A DNA stretch of 64,000 bases from an uncultured Eggerthella sp. (GTDB lineage: Bacteria; Actinomycetota; Coriobacteriia; Coriobacteriales; Eggerthellaceae), in assembly GCA_900542265.1 (NCBI GenBank), contig UQML01000005.1, positions 29,810 to 93,809 of the forward strand, given 5' to 3'. The translations under genes were made by a program, and so were the position numbers. Below, piece by piece: positions 9,141 to 20,573 of the stretch. Within the stretch, counting starts at the first letter, position 1. Each line of letters starts with the position of its first letter. A model generated the notes under the pieces. That model was not told the origin of the DNA and ran no database searches. It worked only from the letters and a program-made list of their open reading frames with translations.

Positions 9141-10223
9141 TTATTTATGGTTACTTTCAAACTCTTTCATGAAAGAAACAAGCGCTTCAACACCTTCTTT
9201 AGGCATTGCATTATAGATAGAAGCGCGCATGCCACCAACACTACGATGACCCTTAATGGACTCAATGCCATGATTTTTCGCCTCAGCAACGAACAAAGCA
9301 TCAAGCTCATCACTTCCTGTGATGAAAGGAACATTCATGATAGAACGATCCTCCTTGCGAGCCGTTGCTTTAAACAGAGATGATTGATCCAAGAAGTCAT
9401 AGAGCAGTGCAGCCTTTTCTTCATTGCGAACTTTCATCGCAGCAAGACCACCTTGAGCCTTGAGCCATTTAAAGACTAAGCCACAAATATAAATGCCATA
9501 TGCAGGAGGCGTATTGTAGAGAGAGCTGTTCTCAACTTGTGTAATGTACTTCAACATGGTTGGAGTATAAGGTAATACCTCTTCACGTACCAAATCATCA
9601 CGAACAATAACAATGACAACACCGGCAGGACCAATGTTTTTCTGTACACCACCATAAATCAGGCCGTAATCACTTACATTAATTGGCTCTGACATAAAAC
9701 AGGACGATACGTCTGCTACCAAAGGAATATTGCCAGTCTGAGGAAGCTTATGGTACAAGGTGCCATAGATGGTTTCATTCTGGCAAATATAAACATAGTC
9801 AGCATCATCAGAGAAATTGAGCGTATCTACATCAGGAACGTAAGAAAAGTTCTCATCCTCAGAAGAAGCAATGCAACGTGCATCACCATAGATTTGAGCT
9901 TCTTTAAATGCCTTTTTTGACCAAGAGCCAGAAACGATATAATCAGCAACTTTATTCTTCATCAAGTTCATAGGAATAGCAGCAAATTGCTGAGAGGCGC
10001 CACCCTGCAAGAACAAGACATGATAGTTATCAGGAATCTGCATCAAATCACGAATGTCAGCTTCAGCAGTTTCAATAATGTTTTTGAACGCTGCTGAGCG
10101 GTGACTCATCTCCATAACTGACATACCCGTATTTTGATAATCGAGCATTTCGGCAGCAGCCTGCTTCAATACCTCTTCGGGCAAAACAGCAGGGCCAGCA
10201 GAGAAGTTATACACTCTCGACAT
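9141..10223 (-). CDS. serC: Phosphoserine aminotransferase.
   Basis: 360 aa beginning MSRVYNFSAGPAVLPEEVLKQA, class-V aminotransferase. ATG with AAAGGAG SD. Confidence 0.9.
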   Translation of the reverse strand: MSRVYNFSAGPAVLPEEVLKQAAAEMLDYQNTGMSVMEMSHRSAAFKNIIETAEADIRDLMQIPDNYHVLFLQGGASQQFAAIPMNLMKNKVADYIVSGSWSKKAFKEAQIYGDARCIASSEDENFSYVPDVDTLNFSDDADYVYICQNETIYGTLYHKLPQTGNIPLVADVSSCFMSEPINVSDYGLIYGGVQKNIGPAGVVIVIVRDDLVREEVLPYTPTMLKYITQVENSSLYNTPPAYGIYICGLVFKWLKAQGGLAAMKVRNEEKAALLYDFLDQSSLFKATARKEDRSIMNVPFITGSDELDALFVAEAKNHGIESIKGHRSVGGMRASIYNAMPKEGVEALVSFMKEFESNHK

Positions 10224-10501
10224 GGTTGTAAGGCTCCTTTTTTCTTATATCGTATACAGCCAAACATTCAAGAACTAAACGCACAAGTATAGTGATAGTG
10301 CAGGCGAAAACCACCTGCACTATTTCCACACGTTTCTTATCCTATCGTGTTTTAAGTAACGATGAGTGTAACACCACAAACCAAAAAAGAGTCCTCTTGT
10401 ATGGTTCTTTAGCGGCCTAAAGCGTCAAAGCTTGTTCCAATGGTAGCCCTGCATGCACTTTTCTTCCTCTTGCATACAAATTTCCACAGAAAAAGCTACT
10501 C

Positions 10502-11734
10502 CTATACGAGCTCTTCAAGAGAAGTTGCGCCTTTGACTGACCCATCATTAAGAGCTTGCTTGATTTCTTCATCGGTATAACCAAGCTCTTTCATAACTTC
10601 AATCGTTGCAGAACCCAACATTCCCGTAGGCGTAAAGACAGGCGTATCTTCGGAATCAAACTGAATAGGCACAGTTGGGATATTACGTTTTGATTTTGGA
10701 TAGGTAATTTTAACAAGATAATCATTATCCCACACGTTTTGATCTTCATAAACATCAAGAGGAGTTTGACAAAGCTCTATAGGAACGCCAGCATCCTTAA
10801 AGAGTTTAAGAGCTTCTTTCGCACTCATCTGGCCAATAGCAGCATCAAGAATGCCAACAACTTCAGGATTAAGTCCTTGTTCATTCATTTCAACACAGTT
10901 AACCAAACGAGGCTCATCAACTAAATCTTCACGTCCAATGAGTTTCATAATTTTGTTGTAATCGCGATCATATTCAGGATCACACATGGCAAGATACTTA
11001 CCATCTTTAGTCATATACACATTGTTGAATGGGCAAATGACTTCAAGACGACTCTTAGGATACGGATTGCCATATTGTGCAGAAATCATGCCCGTCATAA
11101 GCGTATAAACTCCTGCATGCTGGAGCGCGCACGTAACATACTCGCCTTCTCCCGTTTTTTCCCGACCGATGACAGCAGCACAAATTCCCGCAGCCAAAAA
11201 CATTGATGCTTGAAGATCTCCGTATCCATTGGTGGGGATCATGGGAGCATCTCCTCTATTTACGGTGGTTCCAAACACTCCACCGCGCGCCATATAACAC
11301 GTTACATCAAAACCAGGATCATCTTTTTCAGCACCCTTTTTTCCATAGCCTAGACCATGTCCCATAATGAGACGAGGGTATTTTGCATGTAACGTATCCC
11401 AATCCAGTCCTAATTTTTTGAGCGATTTGTTGCGCGTATTAGTAATAAATACATCCGCAGTAGCAAGCAGTTTATCCATGACCTCTGCGCCTGTTTTGCT
11501 CTTTAAATTCAAAGAGATAAACTTCTTATGCAGATTTACCATATCAAAGGCAAGATTTTCTTCATCCGACATAGGCATATTAAACACTGCTGCCTGCGTA
11601 ACACGACATGGATCACCTTTAGCTGCTTCAATCTTAATAACCTCTGCACCCCATTCACCCAAAACACGACCGGTTGCAGGTGTTGCCATATATGTCGTTA
11701 GGTCAATAACGCGCAAACCTTCCAATGGCTTCAT
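10502..11734 (-). CDS. CoA-transferase family III protein (CaiB/BaiF/Frc family).
   Basis: 410 aa with the family N-terminus MKPLEGLRVIDLT...LGEWGAEVIKIE. ATG with GGAGGGGG SD. It is monocistronic, flanked by 280-bp and 190-bp noncoding gaps. Confidence 0.75.
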   Translation of the reverse strand: MKPLEGLRVIDLTTYMATPATGRVLGEWGAEVIKIEAAKGDPCRVTQAAVFNMPMSDEENLAFDMVNLHKKFISLNLKSKTGAEVMDKLLATADVFITNTRNKSLKKLGLDWDTLHAKYPRLIMGHGLGYGKKGAEKDDPGFDVTCYMARGGVFGTTVNRGDAPMIPTNGYGDLQASMFLAAGICAAVIGREKTGEGEYVTCALQHAGVYTLMTGMISAQYGNPYPKSRLEVICPFNNVYMTKDGKYLAMCDPEYDRDYNKIMKLIGREDLVDEPRLVNCVEMNEQGLNPEVVGILDAAIGQMSAKEALKLFKDAGVPIELCQTPLDVYEDQNVWDNDYLVKITYPKSKRNIPTVPIQFDSEDTPVFTPTGMLGSATIEVMKELGYTDEEIKQALNDGSVKGATSLEELV

Positions 11735-11842
11735 GATAAATCCCCCTCCACGGTGAAAGCATTGCTTCTTCTTTTTATCAGTAAGCCTAACAAATTACCT
11801 TCTCTTGTCGCTTCACCTTATAAATTCGCTACGTAATTGAAA

Positions 11843-11895
11843 AAATCCCTCCTTCGCACTCCTTGTTGCTTCCAAGAATGCAAAAGAGGGATTTA
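11843..11895 (-). terminator. Putative intrinsic terminator 3' of ilvC.
   Basis: On the minus strand AATCCCTC...GAGGGATT followed by TTTTTT. The stem encloses a long, partly self-complementary loop, so the structure is only approximate. Confidence 0.35.
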
Positions 11896-11927
11896 TTAAG
11901 ACGATAGGGATTTAACGTACTATCGCA

Positions 11928-12953
<1,026 letters not shown>

Positions 12954-13016
12954 TTAATTATACAAGTCTCTCGAAACGAGGTACTTACATTCTTTTAAAC
13001 GTGGCACAATAAGCCT

Positions 13017-13514
13017 TTAGCTCACCTTTGAACCACGCGACATAGCAATAATACCCGTACGAATAATCTCTTTAAGGCCATACGCACGCAACAAATCTTC
13101 AATACCCTTAAGCTTATGCTGCGTTCCCGTTGCTTCAATTGTCAGTGAAGTTTTACCAACATCAACGATCTTCGCGCGGAAGATGTTAGCAATTTCAATC
13201 ACCTCAGAGCGATGCTCAGGAGTGACATGCACTTTGTAAAGAACCAACTCGCGCTCAATAGCATCCTCAGAAGTAAGGTCGGTAATCTTATGAACACTAA
13301 TAAGCTTATGAAGCTGTTTGGTAATTTGTTCAAACGCGGAATCATCACACGCAAGCACGATAGTCATACGCGCTAACGTGGGGTCTTCGGTAGGACCAAC
13401 TGAGAGTGAATCAATATTAAAACCACGACGAGAGATTAATCCTGCAACACGAGATAAAACGCCTGATTTGTTTTCAACCAGAATAGATAGGATGTGCATT
13501 GATGTTTTTTCCAT
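13017..13514 (-). CDS. ilvN: Acetolactate synthase small (regulatory) subunit.
   Basis: 165 aa with ACT domain ILSILVENKSGVLSRVAGLISRRGFNIDSLSV. Its ATG lies 2 nt after the ilvB stop. Confidence 0.9.
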   Translation of the reverse strand: MEKTSMHILSILVENKSGVLSRVAGLISRRGFNIDSLSVGPTEDPTLARMTIVLACDDSAFEQITKQLHKLISVHKITDLTSEDAIERELVLYKVHVTPEHRSEVIEIANIFRAKIVDVGKTSLTIEATGTQHKLKGIEDLLRAYGLKEIIRTGIIAMSRGSKVS

Positions 13515-13516
13515 GA

Positions 13517-15502
13517 TTACTCCTCTCCATCCTGCTTGGTGGCTTCTTCGGGCGCTTTAGAAGCCATCTTAGTATTAATCTCATCAGCTTCACGCAAAGC
13601 CGCATCGGCTAAATCAAGATCGGCATTAATGCTTGCCGCTTCTTTAGCAGCTTGTACCGCATGAGCCTTTTCTACCGCAATAACCGGAATTCCTTCATCG
13701 TTAACATCTTCGGAAGGATCGATCATTTCAACAATAGAGCCAACATTAATAGCGCCAATAATATCATCAAGAGGCGCTCCTGGCGCAACCATAGGATATA
13801 CATTTTCATCGCGATCAATGCGCATATCGAGCAAAGCAGGGCAATCAGCAGCAAGCAAACGTTTAAAGGCAGCCTCTAATTGATCGGGATCACTTACCCG
13901 CTCAGCCTTCCAGCCATACGCATGAGCAAGCGCCACAAAATCTGGACATTCAGGCAATACCGTATGAGAATAGCGACCACCATAAAACAAGCCCTGCCAT
14001 TGATGCACCATACCTAAGGCAGAGTTGTTCATCAATAAAACTTTTACGTTGATGCGCTCGATAGCAGCAGTGGCCATTTCTTGGATATTCATCTGCAGTG
14101 ACCCATCGCCAGCAATACACACTACTTGCTTGTCAGGACAAGCTACTTTAGCACCAACAGCTGCCGGTAAACCAAAGCCCATAGTACCCAGACCGCCTGA
14201 AGTTAAAAACGTACGAGGCTTATCGCGATCAATATGTTGTGCAGCCCACATTTGATGCTGGCCAACTTCAGTAGTTACAATTGCGTCATCGGGAAGCATG
14301 CTTGAAAGTAAATCGAGCGCTGCTTCAGGAGAGATAGTACCTTTTTGCGTTGCAAGCGCTGGCTTATATAAAGGATGCTGAGCACGCCAGGCATTAACCT
14401 GTTCGAGCCATTCTTGAGTAATAGGAGCAACAGGGCTTTGATGAAGCTGATCTACCATACCTGACAAAATCACCTTCGCATCACCAACAATAGGAATCTG
14501 CGCAACACGATTCTTTCCTATTTCAGCAGGATCAACATCAATATGAATAACTTTTGCATGTGATGCAAAGTCCGACAAACGGCCTGTCACACGGTCAGAG
14601 AAACGAGCTCCTACCGCAATCAGTAAATCAGCATTGGTAAGTGCGTAGTTTGCGTATTGAGAACCATGCATGCCAACATGGCCCAAATTAAGAGGATGAC
14701 TTGCAGGGAATGCACCTTTGCCCATCAGTGTTGTTACAACAGGAATCTGCAACGCTTCCGCAACCTCAAGCAATTCCTGCTCAGACTGAGAAGCAATAAT
14801 GCCACCACCAATATAAAATATGGGTTTTTTGGCTGACTTCATCATCTCAATAGCTTGCTTAATCTGGCGTGTGTTGCCTTTAACAGTAGGTTTATAGGAT
14901 GGAATATTGATATCCTCAGGATATTCAAACACCATCTCTGCGCCTGCTAAGTCAGAAGGAATATCAATAAGCACTGGACCAGGACGACCAGAATTGGCAA
15001 TATAAAATGCTTCCCTAAAGGTACGGGTCATATCGTCTAAAGACTGCAGTAAATAGGAATGTTTTACTACGGGCATCGTAATACCAACAATGTCAGATTC
15101 TTGGAAAGCGTCAGTACCAATAATATGACGGGGAACCTGACCAGTAATAACTACCATGGGAACTGAGTCCATATAAGCCGTAGCAATACCCGTTACCGTA
15201 TTAGTGGCACCAGGTCCTGAAGTAACAATAACAACACCTGTCTTACCTGTAGCGCGTGCATATCCATCAGCCTCATGGGTAGCACCTTGCTCATGGCGTG
15301 CAAGTACGTGATGAATTTTGTCAGAATCATAGAGTGCATCATAGATCTTGATAGCTTGTCCTCCCGGATAGCCAAAAATCGTGTCGACACCCTCAGCTTC
15401 AAGAGAGGCAATAACAGCTTGCGCGCCTGTCATTACCTTCCCTTGTTTTTCAGTATTTGGGCCCAATCCCATTTTTTTTTCGTATTCTTTATCGATGATC
15501 AT
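13517..15502 (-). CDS. ilvB: Acetolactate synthase large subunit, with an extra ~75-aa acidic, Ala-rich C-terminal tail and a short N-terminal extension.
   Basis: 661 aa with TPP-enzyme motifs GYPGG...GPGATN...GDG. The start ATG overlaps the ilvD stop as ATGA at 15499-15502. Confidence 0.9.
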   Translation of the reverse strand: MIIDKEYEKKMGLGPNTEKQGKVMTGAQAVIASLEAEGVDTIFGYPGGQAIKIYDALYDSDKIHHVLARHEQGATHEADGYARATGKTGVVIVTSGPGATNTVTGIATAYMDSVPMVVITGQVPRHIIGTDAFQESDIVGITMPVVKHSYLLQSLDDMTRTFREAFYIANSGRPGPVLIDIPSDLAGAEMVFEYPEDINIPSYKPTVKGNTRQIKQAIEMMKSAKKPIFYIGGGIIASQSEQELLEVAEALQIPVVTTLMGKGAFPASHPLNLGHVGMHGSQYANYALTNADLLIAVGARFSDRVTGRLSDFASHAKVIHIDVDPAEIGKNRVAQIPIVGDAKVILSGMVDQLHQSPVAPITQEWLEQVNAWRAQHPLYKPALATQKGTISPEAALDLLSSMLPDDAIVTTEVGQHQMWAAQHIDRDKPRTFLTSGGLGTMGFGLPAAVGAKVACPDKQVVCIAGDGSLQMNIQEMATAAIERINVKVLLMNNSALGMVHQWQGLFYGGRYSHTVLPECPDFVALAHAYGWKAERVSDPDQLEAAFKRLLAADCPALLDMRIDRDENVYPMVAPGAPLDDIIGAINVGSIVEMIDPSEDVNDEGIPVIAVEKAHAVQAAKEAASINADLDLADAALREADEINTKMASKAPEEATKQDGEE

Positions 15503-17157
15503 CCGAAATATGCCCCCTTATCGGCGCTTGAAACCAAACGCGCATAACGCGCCAAAACTCCCGTTGCGTGCTTAGGTGCTGGTGGTTCCCAAGCTACACG
15601 ACGTGTTTCGAGCTCTTCATCAGAAACTTCTAAGACCAAAGATCCTGCATCAATATCAATGGAAATAATGTCACCTTCATGCACCAAAGCGATAGGACCA
15701 CCTGCTTGCGCTTCTGGGCTTACGTGTCCAATAGCAGGACCTTTGGTTGCACCAGAAAAGCGGCCATCGGTAATAAGGGCAACAGACTTATCGAGTCCCA
15801 TGCCACAAATTGCTGAAGTTGGAGTTAGCATCTCACGCATACCTGGACCACCTGCTGGACCCTCATAGCGGATAACAACAACATCACCAGGATTGATCTT
15901 GCCGCCAAAAATTGCCTCACATGCTTCTTCTTCAGAATTAAAGACGCGCGCAGGACCAGTATGCTTACGCATATCATCTGAAACAGCCGATTGTTTAACC
16001 ACACCACAGTTAGGTGCTAGATTTCCGCGCATAACACGCAATCCACCCACTTCACTGTAAGCGTTTTCAACAGTGCGAACAATCTCACCATCAACAAGCG
16101 GTGCTTGCGCAATCCACTCCCCCATAGTTCCATGGCAAGTAAGAGCATTCTCATCCAAAAGGCCATGACGACCAAGTTCGCCAATGATAGCTGAGATGCC
16201 ACCAACCTTATTAAGGTCTTGAATATGAAGTGGTCCAGCAGGAGCAATACGCGTAATGTTAGGTATCTCCGAACAAATTTCATCCCAATCATCCATAGTG
16301 ATAGGGCATCCTGCTGCATGGGCGATAGCGGTTAAATGCAGCATAGTATTAGTTGAACCACCAAAAGCCATATCAAGCGCCATACCATTATGGATGGATG
16401 CTTTATTGATGATATCGAGTGCAGTAATGCCTTTATCAAAAAGCTCCATTACCTTCATGCCTGCATGTTTAGCAAGACGAATGCGCTCAGAAAATACAGC
16501 AGGGATTGTACCGTTACCAGGAAGAGCAATACCTAATCCTTCAGAGAGGCATGCAATAGAGTTTGCGGTAAACATGCCTGAACAACTACCGCAGGTAGGA
16601 CAAGCAGTGTTTTCAAACCATTTGCACTCTTCTTCAGTCATCGTACCAGCGGTAACTTGCCCAACAGCATCAAAGAGGGTATTGAGATCAGTCTGATTTC
16701 CGCAGGTATCTTCGCCAGCAAGCATAGGGCCGCCAGAAATTAGCACTGTCGGAATATTTAAGCGACAGGCAGCGATAAGCATGCCAGGCACAACTTTATC
16801 ACATGAAGGAATCAACACCATCGCATCAAATTGATGACCCTGAACAGCACATTCGACCGAGTCAGCAATAACCTCTCGACTTGTAAGCGAATAATGCATA
16901 CCATCATGATTCATAGCAATACCGTCACAAACACCAATCGTGGTCATTTGTACGGGCGTACCACCTGCCATGCGGACACCTGCTTTTACTGCATCGGCAA
17001 TAGTCTGAAGATGAATGTGTCCGGGGATGATTTCATTTTGCGATGAGATTACGGCGACTAAGGGACGCTCAAGCTCTTCATCAGTAAATCCATCAGCTTT
17101 AAGCAATGAACGATGGGGTGCACGGGCCAGTCCCTTTTTAATTGCGTCACTACGCAT
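15499..17157 (-). CDS. ilvD: Dihydroxy-acid dehydratase.
   Basis: 552 aa, ILVD/EDD family ([15 protein letters not shown]). It is the first gene of the ilvD-B-N-C operon. Confidence 0.95.
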   Translation of the reverse strand: MRSDAIKKGLARAPHRSLLKADGFTDEELERPLVAVISSQNEIIPGHIHLQTIADAVKAGVRMAGGTPVQMTTIGVCDGIAMNHDGMHYSLTSREVIADSVECAVQGHQFDAMVLIPSCDKVVPGMLIAACRLNIPTVLISGGPMLAGEDTCGNQTDLNTLFDAVGQVTAGTMTEEECKWFENTACPTCGSCSGMFTANSIACLSEGLGIALPGNGTIPAVFSERIRLAKHAGMKVMELFDKGITALDIINKASIHNGMALDMAFGGSTNTMLHLTAIAHAAGCPITMDDWDEICSEIPNITRIAPAGPLHIQDLNKVGGISAIIGELGRHGLLDENALTCHGTMGEWIAQAPLVDGEIVRTVENAYSEVGGLRVMRGNLAPNCGVVKQSAVSDDMRKHTGPARVFNSEEEACEAIFGGKINPGDVVVIRYEGPAGGPGMREMLTPTSAICGMGLDKSVALITDGRFSGATKGPAIGHVSPEAQAGGPIALVHEGDIISIDIDAGSLVLEVSDEELETRRVAWEPPAPKHATGVLARYARLVSSADKGAYFG

Positions 17158-17733
17158 TGTACTTCTACCTACCTCTCTATTCTTTTATGACACCTTATAA
17201 AGGTAATGTCATATTCTCCTTTATGTATTGCGGTTGCGCGAGAAAAGCACTCCATATAAAAAAATCCTCATGCACCATTCATACGCTGCATCAGGACCAT
17301 ATACTCACTAACCAGATAGACATCTATCCAAGTTAAGACTAATCACGGAGTCACCGATTCAACGTACTAGCCTCATGTCTCATTGAAGATCATCCAATAC
17401 TAAGACATCAGACGTTCTGACTGAATAGCTCAAAGGTGCCTTTCAGACCGTCCACCATCGGTTTTCACCAACCACCGACTCTCTATAAATGATGGATTCG
17501 TCCCTACTTTTCCTCATCAACGCTTTTCTATGTTTGACCATCATAGCACGGAATGCTTGCTTGACTAGAGCTTTCTTTTCATACGTATCAGCAAAGTTTG
17601 CCAACGACGTAACCAACAAGCAAAACTACCAAATTACTCTGTTCTTTTTAATACAGTGCATCAAAACATATTATTTGTTACACTCACTCATTGATAATGC
17701 ACCTTTTATATGGAATTCAGGTTATCCCCCGCT

Positions 17734-18621
17734 ATGAATCTTGCTCATTTAACCTATTTCAAAACGCTCGCTGAAACAAAGACGTATCGTGATACTGCCT
17801 ATGAGTGTTCTATTTCTTAATCCACTCTTTCAAATGCCATTAACGGGTTAGAAAAAGAACTTGGTACATCTCTTTTTGTTCGTAATAAAGGCTTAGCTGA
17901 GCTAACCGAGACCGGGCACATCTTTTATACTTACGTTGACACCTCACTCCGTTTTCTCAATAACGGCATTGATATTGTTAAAGAACGCTCGGGCAAACAA
18001 ATCCGCGAGATTACTATTGGAACCATTTTGTCTGCTCAAAGTCACGATTGGTCAGAACTAATTTATGACTACCGCAAACAAGTTCATGGTAATGTGCAAA
18101 TCAATGTTGTTCAATCAACGACTCCAGAAATTCTCAAAGATATTAAAGCGGGGAAAATCGATGTCGCTTTCTGCGGATCCCTTGGTCCTGATCCAGATTT
18201 AATGCAATGCCCTCGCTGGTCACAAGGCGTTGTTCTCGTCGTCAACAAAGATCATCCTTTTGCCAAACGCGATCATATATCACTAACCGAATTAGTTAAT
18301 CACTACCTGATTTCCTATACCTTAGATGGCCCAATTGGCCCACCACTTACAGCACTTATTAAAGGAAGAGATCTCACTGTAGATTGTTTATATAACGATG
18401 AGATTACGCTTGCTTCGATTGTTGCATCCAATCCCGACATTATGGCTATTGCTTGTAATTCATGGCTTTTAAGCTCGTATGGAGATCACATTAAGCTTGT
18501 TTATATTGAAGAAGCTGATGATGATTTTAGACAAATCTTTTTTAGCTATTTAGCCAATTCGGAAAAACCCCGCATTGTCGAAGAGTTTATCAAGCTCGTA
18601 ACTCAAAGTTGCATTTCTTAA
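17734..18621 (+). pseudogene. LysR-family transcriptional regulator interrupted by an in-frame TAA at codon 29 (17818-17820), replacing the invariant Gln of the HTH SQS motif.
   Basis: From ATG 17734: MNLAHLTYFKTLAETKTYRDTAYECSIS*STLSNAINGLEKELGTSLFVRNKGLAELTETGHIFY..., a typical LysR HTH, continuing in the same frame into the track ORF 18028-18621 (the LysR substrate-binding domain). Confidence 0.8.
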
Positions 18622-18635
18622 AAGCCCTGTATAAA

Positions 18636-18670
18636 ACAAATGACCGCCTAAGGCGGTCATTTGTTTTCTT
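18636..18670. terminator. Bidirectional intrinsic terminator after the LysR pseudogene.
   Basis: AAAACAAATGACCGCC-taa-GGCGGTCATTTGTTTT, a perfectly symmetric hairpin with flanking A-tract and T-tract. Confidence 0.75.
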
Positions 18671-19094
18671 GAAATATCAATCTTTTCCCTCTAGACATCT
18701 CTAAAAGACTGATATTTCACTATCTGAAAGAGCATCCCCATACTCACAATCAGATCATTCCCTGCGGTAAGGATTATCACTTACCATATTCCTTGCGGAC
18801 TTCTTCTGTCTTGAATCGACGCTTCCTCTATATCCCCCGGAGGAAGCGTCTCTTTCAAGGCCTTGTTAGTTTATACTCCATAATGAAAATTAAAGATACT
18901 TAATTATTTTAATAATTTCGACTTATTATTCAAATTTCTGAAGATTACCGTGAACATGTTCATTATTTTGGACAAATTCTTTATTTTGGGTATTTTTTAA
19001 AGCTCCCTTTCCCTTGTTATTTCAGTGTTCAACACCCTCATCTCTACTACACTAAGATTGTTTACGCATCATCAGATGAAATAAGGATGAGTTT

Positions 19095-19652
19095 ATGTAT
19101 CTTTGGAATGTTGAAGTTAATCCCGACGCAGCACTAGCACACAATGCTACCGTTATGGGCAATGTCCATCTTGCAGAAAAAGTATCAGTCTATCCAAACA
19201 GCGTTATTCGTGCTGACAACTACGAAATAGCTATTGGTAACGAAACCAACATCCAAGATAACTGCACCGTTCATGTTAGCGTCTCTGGACCGTGCCATAT
19301 TGGCAGCAAAGTCACTGTTGGCCATAATGCCATCATCCATGGATGCATAATTGAAGACGAGTGTCTCATTGGCATGGGCGCTATTGTTATGGATCATGCT
19401 CGCGTTGGAAGGGGAAGCGTTATTGGTGCTGGCGCCCTCGTTCCTGAGGGTATGGAAATACCGCCTTATTCGCTCGTGGTAGGCATTCCAGCAAGAATAA
19501 AACGCTCAATTACTCCAGAAGAACACAAAGAACAGTTACGCCAATGTCAGATGTATGTGGAAGAATCGCAGGCTATGGCGCAAGCCGGAGTGTTTTATTT
19601 TGGAAGTTCAATACCCTTTGATCATGCCACCATCTTACTTAAACAGTCTTAA
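19095..19652 (+). CDS. Gamma-class carbonic anhydrase family / hexapeptide-repeat (YrdA/PaaY-like) protein.
   Basis: 185 aa with left-handed beta-helix repeats and NIQDNCTVH...VGHNAIIHGCIIEDECLIGMGAIVMD. ATG with AAGGATGAG SD. Confidence 0.8.
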   Translation: MYLWNVEVNPDAALAHNATVMGNVHLAEKVSVYPNSVIRADNYEIAIGNETNIQDNCTVHVSVSGPCHIGSKVTVGHNAIIHGCIIEDECLIGMGAIVMDHARVGRGSVIGAGALVPEGMEIPPYSLVVGIPARIKRSITPEEHKEQLRQCQMYVEESQAMAQAGVFYFGSSIPFDHATILLKQS

Positions 19653-19654
19653 GC

Positions 19655-20500
19655 CTATATACATGTCGTAATAAAAGCATTCATCAATGTTTTAAAGTCT
19701 GTTTCTGCTTGCAAGGCAGCATCCATTACTTCATCAGAGTTCGGATCAGCACCTTCAATACCGCAGGCCATGTTTGAAATAAAGGAAAGACCAACAACAC
19801 GCATACCAACATGACGAGCAGCTATTACTTCTTCAACTACACTCATGGCAACAGTATCAGCGCCCCATAAAGAAAACATTTTTATTTCAGCAGGAGTTTC
19901 AAAACTTGGTCCTAGTAAACCAAGATACACACCTTCATGCACTTCAATATTAAGGTGCGACGCAAGTTCAAGCAAGGCAACACGAAGTGCTGAATCATAA
20001 GCATCAAGCATAGGAACAAACCGTTGCGCCATGTGTGATTGCTCAACACCAACAAGAGGATTGCGACCAGTGAAATTAATATGATCTTTCATGCAGCAAA
20101 AAGAGCCAACACTATAGGTTCTATTAATTGCTCCTGCAGCATTAGTGGTAATGAGTGTATCAATACCAGCTGCATGCATTACCCATACAGGAAAAGCAAC
20201 TTCAACAGCACTTGCTCCCTCATAACCATGGATGCGTCCCTGCATGCAAAGCACAGGAATGGTCGCATCCGTATCAAGATATCCGATGACAAACTGACCT
20301 TTATGCCCTTCTGCGGTTGAAACACGCATAAAAGGAACTTCGTTATACGGTAAAATACGTGCATGATGCAATGCGTCCGCATAAAAATTAAGGCCGCTCC
20401 CTAAGATCAGTCCACATACAGGCTGAACCCCATCGAGAAAATCACACAAAACCTGCGCGGCTTGTGCAATATGCTTTTGAAGATCAATATCTTGCGCCAT
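19655..20500 (-). CDS. punA: Purine nucleoside phosphorylase (PNP-I / PunA type).
   Basis: GPSFETPAEIKMF..GADTVAMSVVEEVIAARHVGMRVVGLSFISNMA. The start is placed at the internal ATG 20498-20500 (MAQDIDL), which has AAGGAAG 8 nt upstream; the longer ORF to 20599 would overlap prmC. Confidence 0.8.
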   Translation of the reverse strand: MAQDIDLQKHIAQAAQVLCDFLDGVQPVCGLILGSGLNFYADALHHARILPYNEVPFMRVSTAEGHKGQFVIGYLDTDATIPVLCMQGRIHGYEGASAVEVAFPVWVMHAAGIDTLITTNAAGAINRTYSVGSFCCMKDHINFTGRNPLVGVEQSHMAQRFVPMLDAYDSALRVALLELASHLNIEVHEGVYLGLLGPSFETPAEIKMFSLWGADTVAMSVVEEVIAARHVGMRVVGLSFISNMACGIEGADPNSDEVMDAALQAETDFKTLMNAFITTCI

Positions 20501-20573
20501 GATGTTCTTCCTTTCAAAAACCGAACATTGTTTTACAAGCTCGCCGATGCATGGATTGGTGAAGATACACGGT

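Noticed and set aside
17489-17737. 82-aa hydrophobic ORF upstream of the LysR pseudogene
   Set aside because: It has no SD, an AT-rich intergenic context and low-complexity composition. It may be a relic or spurious. I mention it in the island finding but do not call it.
18028-18621. 197-aa ORF called as an independent gene
   Set aside because: It is the in-frame C-terminal substrate-binding domain of the LysR gene that starts at 17734 and is interrupted by a TAA at 17818.
18818-18850. SRP RNA (4.5S) candidate, based on the GGAAGC-containing hairpin
   Set aside because: The loop is not a GNRA tetraloop and the flanking helix-8 internal-loop motifs are absent. I kept it only as an orphan hairpin.
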